Positions 40,176 to 50,902 of a stretch of DNA of 64,000 nt are shown here, piece by piece. The notes beneath the pieces are model-generated. The model did not search any database. It was not told the origin of the DNA and was given only the letters and a program-made list of their open reading frames with translations. Source of the DNA: Porticoccaceae bacterium (GTDB taxonomy: Bacteria > Pseudomonadota > Gammaproteobacteria > Pseudomonadales > Porticoccaceae); assembly GCA_038150705.1 (NCBI GenBank), contig JAYOUA010000001.1:39673-103672 (forward strand), written 5' to 3'. The first letter of the stretch is position 1; every line of letters starts with the position of its first letter. Both the position numbers and the translations under genes were made by a program.

Positions 40176-43100
40176 ATGAGTCAGTTTTTAGATAAGTTGC
40201 GATTTTTCGAGTTGCAAAAACAGGACTTTTCATCAAAACATGGTGTGACTACCAATGAAAATCGCGAGTGGGAACAGGCCTACAGACGTCGCTGGCAGCA
40301 CGACAAAGTGGTTCGCTCAACCCATGGTGTCAACTGTACCGGCTCCTGTAGCTGGAAGATCTATGTCAAGGACGGGCTAGTCACATGGGAGACCCAGCAG
40401 ACCGACTACCCGCGCACTAGGCCAGATCTGCCGAACCATGAGCCCCGCGGCTGTCCCCGAGGTGCCAGTTACTCCTGGTATATCTACAGCGCCAACCGGC
40501 TGAAATATCCCAAGGTGCGCAAGGCCTTGCTAAAATTATGGCGCGAGGCGCGCGCGCAACACAGTGATCCAGTAAAGGCCTGGGAATCCATTGTTAGCGA
40601 TCCGCTCAAGGCAAAGAGCTACAAATCCCGCCGCGGTCTGGGAGGACTAATTCGCTCGGACTGGGCTGAAGTCAACGAGATAATTGCCGCCTCCAATATC
40701 TATACCGCAAAAACCTATGGTCCCGATCGCATTACCGGCTTTTCGCCAATACCCGCTATGTCGATGGTCTCTTATGCAGCTGGCGCGCGCTATCTGTCAC
40801 TGATCGGTGGCAACTGCCTGAGCTTTTATGACTGGTACTGTGATCTTCCACCGGCCTCACCACAGATCTGGGGTGAGCAGACCGATGTTCCCGAATCTGC
40901 CGACTGGTATAACTCTGGTTATATTATTGCCTGGGGATCGAATGTTCCCCAGACCCGCACCCCTGATGCTCACTTCTTTACCGAGGTGCGCTACAAGGGC
41001 ACGAAAACAGTTTCGGTCACCCCGGATTACTCCGAAGTGGCCAAACTCACCGATGAGTGGATGGCACCCAAGCAGGGCACGGATTCGGCTCTGGCCATGG
41101 CCATGGGTCATGTGATCTTAAAGCAGTTTCATGTGGATAACCCCAGCGTCTATTTTACTGACTATGTTCGCCGCACGACAGATTTTCCCTATCTGGTACG
41201 TCTTGATCAATCGTCCAATGGCCTGCAGCAGGGCCGTTTTTTGCGCGCTTCTGATCTCGATGAAAATTTAGGTCAGGAGAATAATCCGGAGTGGAAAACC
41301 GTTGCCCTTAGCAAGGTGGATGGCAAGACTGAGTTGGTATCGCCGACAGGATCGATTGGCTATCGTTGGGGCGAGAAGGGCAAGTGGAATACGCAGCAAC
41401 GGGACGGAAAAAACGGTGCTGAGGTTGAGTTGGAACTTTCCCTAAGAGATGCTGCCGATGAGATTGTCGATGTGGCTTTTCCATATTTTGGCGGACAGAA
41501 GCATGATCATGCGTATTTTGACCACACCGATCACAGTGATATTCAGCAACGCAGAGTGCCAGCCAAACGTATCACTCTGGCCGATGGCTCCTCTGTGTTG
41601 GTGGCCACTGTATTCGACCTGACCCTGGCCAACTATGGCGTCGATCACGGGCTTGACTGCCCAAATAGTGCAAAAAGTTTTGATGATGATATTCCTTATA
41701 CCCCGGCCTGGCAGGAGAAGATTACCGGCGTGCCTCGGGCGCAGGTGATAAAGATCGCCCATGAGTTCGCCGATAACGCCAATAAAACCCGCGGTCGCAG
41801 CATGATTATTATTGGTGCCGCGATGAACCACTGGTACAACATGGACATGAACTACCGCGGCGTTATCAATATGCTGATGATGTGTGGCTGCATAGGTCAA
41901 TCTGGTGGCGGTTGGGCTCACTATGTTGGACAGGAGAAGCTGCGTCCCCAGTGTGGCTGGTTACCGCTGGCCTTTGCGCTCGACTGGCAGCGCCCACCGC
42001 GGCAGATGAATGGCACCTCGTTTTTCTACAATCACTCCGACCAGTGGCGCTACGAAAAGCTGGCGATGGCAGGGGTGGTCTCACCGCTGGCGGATAAATC
42101 AAAATGGAGTGGATCGATTGTTGATTACAACAGCCGCGCTGAGCGCATGGGTTGGTTGCCCTCGGCGCCGCAGTTAAACACCAACCCTCTGGAGCTAGTG
42201 AAGACGGCTGAAGCCGCAGGTATGGATCCGCGGGACTATGCGGTTGCGCAACTAAAGAGTGGCAAATTGAAATTTGCCTGTGAGGATCCCGATAATCCAC
42301 AGAATTTCCCGCGCAATATGTTTATCTGGCGCTCCAATTTGCTCGGCTCTTCGGGCAAGGGCCACGAGTATATGTTGCGCCACCTGCTCGGCACCAAACA
42401 CGGTTTAATGAACAAAGATCTCGGTGAGAGCGGCGAGGGCAAACCCGAAGATGTCGTCTGGCACGATCAGGCACCCGAGGGCAAAGTTGATCTGTTGGTG
42501 ACACTGGATTTTCGTATGTCCACCACCTGTCTGTATTCGGATATCGTCCTGCCTACCGCCACCTGGTATGAAAAAGACGATATGAATACCTCGGATATGC
42601 ACCCCTTTATTCACCCGCTCTCAAAAGCTGTAGATCCAGTCTGGGAGTCTCGCTCTGACTGGGATATTTTTAAAGCCATTGCCAAGCGTTTTAGCGAGTT
42701 GAGCACAGGCCATTTGGGGGTAGAAAAGGATCTGGTAACCCTGCCGCTGCAGCACGATACTCCTGCTGAGCTGGCACAGCCAGATGGGGTTAAAGCTTGG
42801 TGGAAAGGCGAATGCGAGCTGATTCCTGGGAAAACCGCGCCAAATATGCTGGTTGTCGAGCGCGATTATCCGAATACCTACCAGCGCTTTACCTCCCTCG
42901 GCCCATTGCTCGAAAAACTCGGCAATGGCGGCAAGGGCATCAACTGGAATACCGATGAAGAAGTGGAATTTATCGGTCAGTTAAATCAGCTACACCATGA
43001 AGAGGGTATTCATAGGGGACGGCCAAAAATTGAATCGGCGATTGATGCGGCAGAGGTGATTCTCAGTCTGGCACCGGAGACCAATGGCCAAGTGGCAGTA

Positions 43101-43949
43101 AAGGCATGGCAGTCCCTCAGTGAGATTACCGGTCGTGAACACAGTCATCTGGCGCAGCCGAAACAGGATGAAAAAATCCGTTTCAGGGATATTCAGGCGC
43201 AGCCGCGAAAGATTATCAGCTCGCCAACCTGGTCCGGTCTCGAGGATGAGCATGTCTCCTATAACGCTGGGTATACCAATGTCCACGAGTTAATTCCCTG
43301 GCGCACCCTGACCGGTCGCCAGCAGTTCTATCAGGATCATGAGTGGATGCGTGATTTTGGTGAAACCCAGTGCCTCTATAAGCCGCCAATCAATATGAAA
43401 ACCATTGAGCCCTTGTTGGGCAAAAAGCCCAACGGCAATCCCGAGCTGGTGCTCAACTGGATTACCCCGCACCAGAAGTGGGGCATTCACTCGACCTATT
43501 CCGATAATCTACTAATGCTGACCCTCTCCCGAGGTGGGCCGATTATCTGGCTGAGCGAAGTGGATGCGGCTAAAGCCGGTATTGCCGATAACGACTGGAT
43601 AGAAGCGTTTAATGTCAATGGCGCAGTGGCCGCCAGGGCCGTGGTTTCGCAGCGGGTTCCCGAGGGTATGAGCATGATGTATCACGCCCAGGAGCGAGTG
43701 GTAAATGTACCTGGAGCCGAGACCACTGAGACCCGCGGTGGAATTCATAATTCGGTGACCAGGGCGGTGATGAAACCGACCCATATGATCGGTGGCTATG
43801 CTCAGCAATCCTATGGATTTAACTATTACGGCACAGTGGGCTGTAACCGTGATGAATTTGTAATTTTACGCAAGATGAACAGAGTCGACTGGCTGGATGA
43901 TGAGGCGCCAACTTACCAGTCGCCAGCCACGGAGGGAGCAGCACAATGA
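40176..43949 (+). CDS. narG: Respiratory nitrate reductase alpha subunit
   Basis: VRSTHGVNCTGSCSWKIYVK, EPRGCPRGASYSWY, SFYDWYCDLPP, TPHQKWGIHSTY. Confidence 0.99.
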   Translation: MSQFLDKLRFFELQKQDFSSKHGVTTNENREWEQAYRRRWQHDKVVRSTHGVNCTGSCSWKIYVKDGLVTWETQQTDYPRTRPDLPNHEPRGCPRGASYSWYIYSANRLKYPKVRKALLKLWREARAQHSDPVKAWESIVSDPLKAKSYKSRRGLGGLIRSDWAEVNEIIAASNIYTAKTYGPDRITGFSPIPAMSMVSYAAGARYLSLIGGNCLSFYDWYCDLPPASPQIWGEQTDVPESADWYNSGYIIAWGSNVPQTRTPDAHFFTEVRYKGTKTVSVTPDYSEVAKLTDEWMAPKQGTDSALAMAMGHVILKQFHVDNPSVYFTDYVRRTTDFPYLVRLDQSSNGLQQGRFLRASDLDENLGQENNPEWKTVALSKVDGKTELVSPTGSIGYRWGEKGKWNTQQRDGKNGAEVELELSLRDAADEIVDVAFPYFGGQKHDHAYFDHTDHSDIQQRRVPAKRITLADGSSVLVATVFDLTLANYGVDHGLDCPNSAKSFDDDIPYTPAWQEKITGVPRAQVIKIAHEFADNANKTRGRSMIIIGAAMNHWYNMDMNYRGVINMLMMCGCIGQSGGGWAHYVGQEKLRPQCGWLPLAFALDWQRPPRQMNGTSFFYNHSDQWRYEKLAMAGVVSPLADKSKWSGSIVDYNSRAERMGWLPSAPQLNTNPLELVKTAEAAGMDPRDYAVAQLKSGKLKFACEDPDNPQNFPRNMFIWRSNLLGSSGKGHEYMLRHLLGTKHGLMNKDLGESGEGKPEDVVWHDQAPEGKVDLLVTLDFRMSTTCLYSDIVLPTATWYEKDDMNTSDMHPFIHPLSKAVDPVWESRSDWDIFKAIAKRFSELSTGHLGVEKDLVTLPLQHDTPAELAQPDGVKAWWKGECELIPGKTAPNMLVVERDYPNTYQRFTSLGPLLEKLGNGGKGINWNTDEEVEFIGQLNQLHHEEGIHRGRPKIESAIDAAEVILSLAPETNGQVAVKAWQSLSEITGREHSHLAQPKQDEKIRFRDIQAQPRKIISSPTWSGLEDEHVSYNAGYTNVHELIPWRTLTGRQQFYQDHEWMRDFGETQCLYKPPINMKTIEPLLGKKPNGNPELVLNWITPHQKWGIHSTYSDNLLMLTLSRGGPIIWLSEVDAAKAGIADNDWIEAFNVNGAVAARAVVSQRVPEGMSMMYHAQERVVNVPGAETTETRGGIHNSVTRAVMKPTHMIGGYAQQSYGFNYYGTVGCNRDEFVILRKMNRVDWLDDEAPTYQSPATEGAAQ

Positions 43950-45481
43950 AGGTACGCGCACAGATAGGTATGGTTTTAAATCTGGATAAATGTATTGGCT
44001 GTCACACCTGTTCGATCACCTGTAAAAATGTGTGGACTAGTCGTGATGGTGTCGAATATGCCTGGTTTAACAATGTTGAAACCAAGCCCGGTGTTGGCTT
44101 TCCCAATGAGTGGGAAAATCAGCAAAAGTGGAAGGGTGGCTGGGCCCTGAAAAATGGCAAATTGCAGCCGCGCCAAGGTGGCAAGCTAAAGATTCTCGGC
44201 AATATTTTTGGCAATCCAGATCTGCCGCAGATTGATGATTACTATGAGCCCTTTGATTTTGACTATGAGCATCTGCACAAGGCGGCGGATAGTGAACACC
44301 AGCCAGTAGCCCGGCCCCATTCACTGATCACCGGCAAGCGTATGCAGAAGATCACAAGCGGCCCCAACTGGGAGGAAATACTCGGCAGCGAGTTTGATAA
44401 GCGCAAGGCGGATATCAATTTTGATGAGGTTGCCCAGAAAGAGATTTACGGTGAGTTTGAGCAGACCTTTATGATGTACCTGCCTCGTCTCTGTGAGCAC
44501 TGTGTCAATCCAAGCTGTGTCGCCAGCTGTCCCTCCGGCGCAATCTACAAGCGCGAAGAGGATGGCATTGTACTGATCGACCAGGATAAATGCCGCGGCT
44601 GGCGAATGTGTGTTTCCGGCTGTCCCTACAAAAAAATCTACTACAACTGGCAGTCGGGTAAATCAGAGAAATGTACCTTCTGCTATCCGCGTATTGAAGC
44701 CGGCGAGCCCACAGTCTGTTCCGAGACCTGTGTAGGGCGCATACGCTACCTCGGTGTCATGCTCTACGACGCAGACCGTATTGAAGAGGCGGCGAGTGTC
44801 GAACAAGAGAGTGATCTCTATGAATCACAGCTGGGGATTTTTCTCGATCCCAATGATCCGCAAGTTCAGGCAGCGGCTCGGGCCGAGGGGATTCCAGAGA
44901 CCTGGCTGAATGCTGCCCAGGAATCGCCGGTATACAAGATGGCAGTGGATTGGAGGGTAGCCTTACCCCTGCACCCGGAGTACCGCACCATGCCCATGGT
45001 CTGGTACGTACCGCCGCTGTCGCCAATTCAATCTGCAGCGCAAAAGGGCCACATAGGCGTCGATGGCGTGATTCCAGATCTGCGCTCCCTGCGCATTCCC
45101 ATGCAGTATCTCGCTAATCTTTTAACCGCTGGAGATGAAGCACCGGTTATCAGTGCCCTTGAGCGGATGCTGGCGATGCGCTCCTTCAAACGCTCTCAGC
45201 AGGTTGAGGACACAGAGGATCTCGAGGTACTGGAGAGGGTAGGACTCTCTGTCGAGCAGATTGAAGAGATGTATCGGATTATGGCGATCGCCAACTACGA
45301 GGATCGCTTTGTGATTCCCACCAGCCACAGGACCTACGCTGAGAATGCCTACAGTATGAAGAGTAGCTGTGGCTTTAGCTTTGGCAATGGCTGCAGTGAC
45401 GGCAATAGTGGCGTCAATATGTTTGGCGGTAACAAGCCGACCAATCGCGACATTATTGCGGTTTCTCACAACGAGGAGTAA
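43946..45481 (+). CDS. narH: Respiratory nitrate reductase beta subunit
   Basis: NLDKCIGCHTCSITCKNVW, CEHCVNPSCVASCPSG, CRGWRMCVSGCPYKK, KCTFCYPR. Confidence 0.99.
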   Translation: MKVRAQIGMVLNLDKCIGCHTCSITCKNVWTSRDGVEYAWFNNVETKPGVGFPNEWENQQKWKGGWALKNGKLQPRQGGKLKILGNIFGNPDLPQIDDYYEPFDFDYEHLHKAADSEHQPVARPHSLITGKRMQKITSGPNWEEILGSEFDKRKADINFDEVAQKEIYGEFEQTFMMYLPRLCEHCVNPSCVASCPSGAIYKREEDGIVLIDQDKCRGWRMCVSGCPYKKIYYNWQSGKSEKCTFCYPRIEAGEPTVCSETCVGRIRYLGVMLYDADRIEEAASVEQESDLYESQLGIFLDPNDPQVQAAARAEGIPETWLNAAQESPVYKMAVDWRVALPLHPEYRTMPMVWYVPPLSPIQSAAQKGHIGVDGVIPDLRSLRIPMQYLANLLTAGDEAPVISALERMLAMRSFKRSQQVEDTEDLEVLERVGLSVEQIEEMYRIMAIANYEDRFVIPTSHRTYAENAYSMKSSCGFSFGNGCSDGNSGVNMFGGNKPTNRDIIAVSHNEE

Positions 45482-45499
45482 CAAGGAGCAATAGGGATT

Positions 45500-46237
45500 A
45501 TGCAAATTCTAAAAGTTATTGCCTGCCTGCTGGACTACCCGGATAAGTCGCTGGCAAAGCACAGTGAAGAAATTAAGGCCGTGGTCAATGGTTCATCTAT
45601 CTATGGTGAGATAGATACAGCGTTGCGCGACCGCTTACTGGCGTTTATTGAAAGGCGTTTGAGTACTGATTTGATGGAGCTCCAGAGCGAATATGACGGC
45701 CTGTTTGAGCGCGGCCGCTCCCTGGCACTGTGGCTGTTTGAACATGTTCACGGCGAGTCCCGGGATCGCGGCCAGGCTATGGTCGATCTTGTCGACAATT
45801 ACCGCAGAGCCGGTCTTGAGATTAACCAGCATGAACTGCCGGACTATTTGCCTTTGTTTCTTGAGTTTTTATCCACCCAGGGACGTGAAAATGCTGCCAG
45901 CTGGCTGCTGGATATAGAGCATATTCTGGCGCTTTTACAGTGCCGGCTGGAAAAGCGCGACAGCGACTATGGGCTTTTATTTGAGTTGTTGCTGCATATT
46001 GCCGGCAGCCGCCTGTCACTAGATAAGGTGCGTCAGCGCATCGCCGATGAAAAATCCGATCACAGCAAACAGGCAATAGACAGGGAGTGGCAGGAAGAGG
46101 AGGTGACCTTTGGCGCCGATTCTCTGGCTGAAAATTGCAGCGCCACGCAGCGTAAACCCAGTGAATCCCAGCGCCAGGATGTAGATATTCCTCTGCACTG
46201 GGTAGATTTTGAAACCGGCGAGAGGACCCAGCCATGA
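45500..46237 (+). CDS. narJ: Nitrate reductase molybdenum cofactor assembly chaperone
   Basis: LFEHVHGESRDRGQAMVDL, ELPDYLPLFLEFLS. Confidence 0.97.
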   Translation: MQILKVIACLLDYPDKSLAKHSEEIKAVVNGSSIYGEIDTALRDRLLAFIERRLSTDLMELQSEYDGLFERGRSLALWLFEHVHGESRDRGQAMVDLVDNYRRAGLEINQHELPDYLPLFLEFLSTQGRENAASWLLDIEHILALLQCRLEKRDSDYGLLFELLLHIAGSRLSLDKVRQRIADEKSDHSKQAIDREWQEEEVTFGADSLAENCSATQRKPSESQRQDVDIPLHWVDFETGERTQP

Positions 46238-46914
46238 GCGATCTGAACCAGTTATTATTTGTCGTTATTCCCTACATAGCACTGACGATTTTCTTTGTCG
46301 GTTCGCTGATTCGATACGATCGCGACCAGTACACATGGAAGGCAGATTCCAGCCAGTTACTGGAGAGCAGGCAGTTGCGCAGGGGCAGCATTCCCTTTCA
46401 TATTGGGATACTGGCTATTTTTCTCGGTCATTTTGTTGGCCTGCTGACCCCAAATGGTGTCTGGCATTTGCTGGGTATTTCCGCAGCCACCAAACAGCTT
46501 GTCGCCATGGGTGCCGGGGGGCTATTTGGCATTATTTGCTTTTACGGTATGTGCATTCTGATAAAACGCCGTCTAACCAATCCGCGTATTCTCGCTACCA
46601 GCTCAAAAATGGATATCTGTATCCTGTTGCTGTTATTTGTTCAGCTGGTGATTGGTCTGGCCTCGATTTATATCTCGGCTGGTCATCTCGACGGCCAGGA
46701 GATGCTCAGGTTGATGAGCTGGGCGCAGAATCTTCTGACGTTTAACCCAACCAGTGCGGCGACGAGTATCGCTTCTGTGCACTGGATATTTAAGCTGCAT
46801 ATACTGCTGGGTATGGTTATTTTTATCCTCTTTCCATTTTCCCGGCTAGTGCATATCTGGAGTGTGCCGGTGAAATACTTGCGACGTAATTATCAAGTTG
46901 TTCGCAGTAGATAA
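46234..46914 (+). CDS. narI: Respiratory nitrate reductase gamma subunit (cytochrome b)
   Basis: RYDRDQYTWKADSSQLL, FHIGIL, HFVGLLTP, FKLHILLG, FPFSRLVHIWS. Confidence 0.98.
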   Translation: MSDLNQLLFVVIPYIALTIFFVGSLIRYDRDQYTWKADSSQLLESRQLRRGSIPFHIGILAIFLGHFVGLLTPNGVWHLLGISAATKQLVAMGAGGLFGIICFYGMCILIKRRLTNPRILATSSKMDICILLLLFVQLVIGLASIYISAGHLDGQEMLRLMSWAQNLLTFNPTSAATSIASVHWIFKLHILLGMVIFILFPFSRLVHIWSVPVKYLRRNYQVVRSR

Positions 46915-47098
46915 CGCGAAAAAAGCGCTAAGCAATTTTTAATTACGGGTAAAGATCATCAGAAGTAAACTTTCGGAATTGGGTTTAAATTCAAATGTAA
47001 ATAAATTTTAACGGAATTCGCTATACCGAGCTCTTGAGGCATTGGTAGAATACGTCTATAGCTACTTAATGTCTCTAAGGCAAAGCGGTAAGTGAACT

Positions 47099-47668
47099 AT
47101 GAAAGGAATGCTATTTACATCATTTTTGTATCTGGTTGAAGAACAGTACGGACTCGAGATGGTCGATGAGGTGCTTGCCGAGGCAGCACCGGCAAGTGGC
47201 GGCGTTTATACAACCGTTGGCAGTTATGATCACAATGAGCTGATCGATATGATCATTGTTTTGAGTAAAAAAATTAATGTCTCGGTGGTTCACCTGACCA
47301 AAACATTCGGCATGTATCTTTTTGCTGAACTGATCGCTGCCTATCCCCAGTGGATTGATGGATTGCACTCCTCCTTTGCACTGCTCCGCAAGGTCGATGG
47401 TTTTATTCACGGTGAAGTGAGAAAACTCTATCCGGATGCCTCGCCGCCAAAATTTCAATGCACAAATTACACAGATACCAGCATGGAAGTGATCTATCAG
47501 TCACCGCGCTGTATGGGTGATGTGGCTGAGGGGCTCATTCAGGGCTGTGCGGCTTATTATGGTGAGAGAATACTGGTGCGCCGCGAGGTTCTCGGAGACA
47601 AGAGAGGATCCAAGGAGCGCTTTCTGCTGACACTGGTTAATAATGACCCGAACCCAGCTACCTTTTAG
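47099..47668 (+). CDS. Stand-alone H-NOX (heme NO/O2-binding) protein
   Basis: MKGMLF N-terminus, proximal-His segment IHGEVRKLYP, YxSxR motif YQSPR. Confidence 0.88.
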   Translation: MKGMLFTSFLYLVEEQYGLEMVDEVLAEAAPASGGVYTTVGSYDHNELIDMIIVLSKKINVSVVHLTKTFGMYLFAELIAAYPQWIDGLHSSFALLRKVDGFIHGEVRKLYPDASPPKFQCTNYTDTSMEVIYQSPRCMGDVAEGLIQGCAAYYGERILVRREVLGDKRGSKERFLLTLVNNDPNPATF

Positions 47669-47699
47669 CATTTAGCATCTAGCATCTAGCATCTAGCAT
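47665..47699. repeat. Heptamer tandem repeat (YTAGCAT)x5 overlapping the H-NOX stop codon
   Basis: TTAGCAT TTAGCAT CTAGCAT CTAGCAT CTAGCAT. Confidence 0.9.
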
Positions 47700-47781
47700 C
47701 TGCAGTGGACCCTGGCAGCGGGGTTCACTGCCAGCCCTTGTTATGAACAGTCTTTAAAAGCCCTTTACTAAAGCTCTCTAA

Positions 47782-49050
47782 TCAAGCTGTGGCATTTAGT
47801 GCCTGTTCAATATCGGCAAGAATATCTTCAGCGTGTTCAATACCCACCGAAATACGTACCAGGTCAGCGCTGACACCGGCGCGAGCCAACTCCTCTTCGT
47901 TGAGCTGACGGTGGGTTGTACTGGCCGGATGGCAGGCGAGGCTCTTGGCATCACCAATATTGACCAGTCGCTTAATCATCTGAAGGGCGTCGATAAATGC
48001 AGCGCCGGCACTCTCTCCCCCTTTGATGCCGAAGCTGATAATTGATGAGGGCTTTCCTGAGCTAATACGCTTGGCTAGATCATGATATTTATCTCCAGTT
48101 AGACCAGCATAATTGACCCAGCTTACCAGCTCGTGATCCTGCAAATAGCTGGCAACCTTCATGGCGTTTTCAACATGACGATCCATACGCAGAGCCAGTG
48201 TCTCCAAACCCTGAAGAATCAAAAATGCATTAAAGGGTGAAATGGCGGCACCCATATTGCGCAGGGGAACCACTCTGGCGCGGCCGATAAACGGCGCGTC
48301 GAGGGCATCGGCATAGACCACACCGTGGTAGGAGGGATCTGGCGTGTTAAACAGTGGGAAACGTGGATTGTCCTTCCAGGTGAAATTGCCGCTATCGACA
48401 ATAATGCCACCAATACTGGTGCCGTGGCCGCCAATATATTTGGTCAGTGAGTGCACAACGATATCGGCACCGTGCTCAAACGGACGGCACAGATAGGGCG
48501 TGGCAACAGTGTTATCGACAATGACCGGTATACCGTGGCGGTGCGCCATTGTCGATAGCGCCTCAATATCGACAATATTGCCAGCAGGGTTGCCGATGGA
48601 CTCGCAGAACAGTGCTTTCGTGTTGTCATCAATCAGGGCTTCCAGTGCAGGAATATCATCGCCGGAGGCCATGCGCACTTCGATTCCCTGCTGTGGGAAT
48701 GTATGGGCAAACAGGTTGTAGGTGCCACCGTAGAGCTGGCTGACACTGACAATATTATCGCCGGCGCGACACAGGGTCTGGATTGAGGCGGTGATTGCCG
48801 CCATACCAGAGGCCATACAGAGGCCGGCAACACCACCCTCCATCGCTGCAACGCGCTGTTCGAGCACATCGCAGGTCGGGTTCATAATACGCGAATAAAT
48901 ATTGCCCGCTTCGGCGAGATTAAACAGGTCGGCACCATGTTGGGTATCGCGAAAACTGTATGAGGTTGTTTGGTAGATTGGCACAGCCACCGCGCGAGTG
49001 GTTGGGTCATCGGTAAATCCGGCATGAATTGCCTGTGTCTCAAGTTTCAT
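47782..49050 (-). CDS. metY: O-acetylhomoserine aminocarboxypropyltransferase (sulfhydrylase)
   Basis: AVPIYQTTSY, GNIYSRIMNPT, VHSLTKYIGGHG PLP-Lys motif, LVNIGDAKSLACHPASTTH. Confidence 0.93.
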   Translation of the reverse strand: MKLETQAIHAGFTDDPTTRAVAVPIYQTTSYSFRDTQHGADLFNLAEAGNIYSRIMNPTCDVLEQRVAAMEGGVAGLCMASGMAAITASIQTLCRAGDNIVSVSQLYGGTYNLFAHTFPQQGIEVRMASGDDIPALEALIDDNTKALFCESIGNPAGNIVDIEALSTMAHRHGIPVIVDNTVATPYLCRPFEHGADIVVHSLTKYIGGHGTSIGGIIVDSGNFTWKDNPRFPLFNTPDPSYHGVVYADALDAPFIGRARVVPLRNMGAAISPFNAFLILQGLETLALRMDRHVENAMKVASYLQDHELVSWVNYAGLTGDKYHDLAKRISSGKPSSIISFGIKGGESAGAAFIDALQMIKRLVNIGDAKSLACHPASTTHRQLNEEELARAGVSADLVRISVGIEHAEDILADIEQALNATA

Positions 49051-49144
49051 AGTCTGCTTATCCCCATCAAAAGGTTTATTATTTTTTCTGATTGATCAGT
49101 TATTTGATCTGTACAGTTTTACTCAACTATTGCTAAAGCACAAC

Positions 49145-50902
49145 CTATCCATTAACTCGATTGGTGATCCACAGCGTCTGGTAGGGTTGCATCTCAATTG
49201 ACTGCATTTTCTGATTACAGCTCAGACCACTAACCAGATCGGTCCAGTTTTCATTGTCGATCAGGTTGATATCCGAGAGATTCAGGCTCTGTATGGTGTC
49301 GCTGATATTGCTGACGCAGAAGACGCTCTGTTGACGATCAATGCTCTGTCGCCAGAACCCAAACAGCTTGCTGCCGAGGTGCAGGGTAAACTGTGTAGCA
49401 TTGGGGTGGAAGGCTGACTGTTGGCGGCGAATTTCAAGCAACTGTTTCAGGCCACTAAAGACATTGAATTCACTGCTCTCCGGGTCTGCAAGTCGCGCTT
49501 CCAGTTCAGGGTAGTCCCACTGATGACGATTAATTGCGCGGTTGTGGCCGGCATTTTCCACTCGCTGGTAATCATTGCGAGTTCCAATCAGGCTGTGTAT
49601 GTAGATACCGGGAACGCCCTCCAGAGCCAGCATAATCGCATGGGCGCAAATAAATCTCTGCAGTCCCCATTGGTCCGGCCCTGCCTGAGTACCCTGCAGG
49701 GCATCAAACAGCGAAATATTGATTTCATAGGGCTTGCTCTTGCCCTCATCGACAGCGCGCCAAGAGATGCGGCCGCCAAACTGCTGCATGGTTTCCACCA
49801 GTGTATTTATTTCGCTGTCATCGAGAAGCCCCTCTGCAGGGCGCAGGCCTATGCCGTCATGGGAGGCGATAAAATTAAAGTAGGCCGTGCCATTACGTGC
49901 TGGCGGCATACTCATCATCCACTGTTTGAGATAGTTGCAGTCACCGGTAACCAATGTGTTGACCAATAGTGGTGGCAGGGAGAAGTTATATATCCAGTGG
50001 GCCTCGTTGGCATTGCCAAAATAGGCGAGATTTTCGCGGTTGGGGATATTGGTCTCAGTGACAATAACGGCATCGCTCTGTGCATGTTCAATCAGGGTGC
50101 GCAGCAGGCGAATAACTTCGTGTGTCTGATCGAGATTGATGCATTTGCTGCCGGGTTCCTTCCATAAAAAGGCAACCGCATCGAGACGAAAAATACGCAC
50201 GCCGCTGTCAAGATACTGGCGAATAATACTGGCAAATTGCTTGAGTACTTCGGGGTTGCGGAAGTTGAGGTCGACCTGGTCATGACTAAAGGTACACCAG
50301 ACATATTGGGTGCCATCGGCAGTCTCCACTTCGCGCAGCAGTGGATTAGTGCGCGGACGCACAACCGCGCTGAGATCATCTTCGGGGCTGGCGGTAACAA
50401 AAAAATTGCGCCCGGGATCGCGACCATTGATAAAGTTCTCAAACCACGGGCTGCGTGCCGAGCAGTGGTTGATCACCAGGTCCGACATCAGTTTGTAGTC
50501 TGCTGCAATAGATTCAATATCCGCCCAGTCGCCCAGCGATTCATTGACGCTGGAGTAGTCGAGAACCGAGAAGCCATCATCTGAGGTAAAAGGATAAAAC
50601 GGCAATATATGTACGCCATTGACGGTGCCTTTGACCTGATTGTCGAGAAAGTGCTTTAAGCTGTGTAACGGCGTTTCATCCGCCTGCAAAATACTGTCAC
50701 CATAGCTGATAACAAGACAGTCACTTTCATCCCAGTGGTTGATATAGCGCACCGGTTCAGAGGTGACCTGTTGCAAACGCATAATATCAATTAGATCTAC
50801 ACTGAGATCTCGGTAATCAATACCGTCAACCGTTGCGTAGATAGCTTCAATATGGTGCTTTACGCTATTAAAAAGCTGTGTATTTTTCATTATCGATCTC
50901 AC
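49145..50902 (-). CDS. GH13_18 sugar phosphorylase, likely glucosylglycerate phosphorylase
   Basis: [43 protein letters not shown]; co-oriented with gpgS. Confidence 0.8.
   Translation of the reverse strand: MRSIMKNTQLFNSVKHHIEAIYATVDGIDYRDLSVDLIDIMRLQQVTSEPVRYINHWDESDCLVISYGDSILQADETPLHSLKHFLDNQVKGTVNGVHILPFYPFTSDDGFSVLDYSSVNESLGDWADIESIAADYKLMSDLVINHCSARSPWFENFINGRDPGRNFFVTASPEDDLSAVVRPRTNPLLREVETADGTQYVWCTFSHDQVDLNFRNPEVLKQFASIIRQYLDSGVRIFRLDAVAFLWKEPGSKCINLDQTHEVIRLLRTLIEHAQSDAVIVTETNIPNRENLAYFGNANEAHWIYNFSLPPLLVNTLVTGDCNYLKQWMMSMPPARNGTAYFNFIASHDGIGLRPAEGLLDDSEINTLVETMQQFGGRISWRAVDEGKSKPYEINISLFDALQGTQAGPDQWGLQRFICAHAIMLALEGVPGIYIHSLIGTRNDYQRVENAGHNRAINRHQWDYPELEARLADPESSEFNVFSGLKQLLEIRRQQSAFHPNATQFTLHLGSKLFGFWRQSIDRQQSVFCVSNISDTIQSLNLSDINLIDNENWTDLVSGLSCNQKMQSIEMQPYQTLWITNRVNG

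Noticed and set aside
49051-49144. SAM riboswitch upstream of metY
   Set aside because: The spacer is under 100 nt and AT-rich; no recognisable SAM-I/II/V elements
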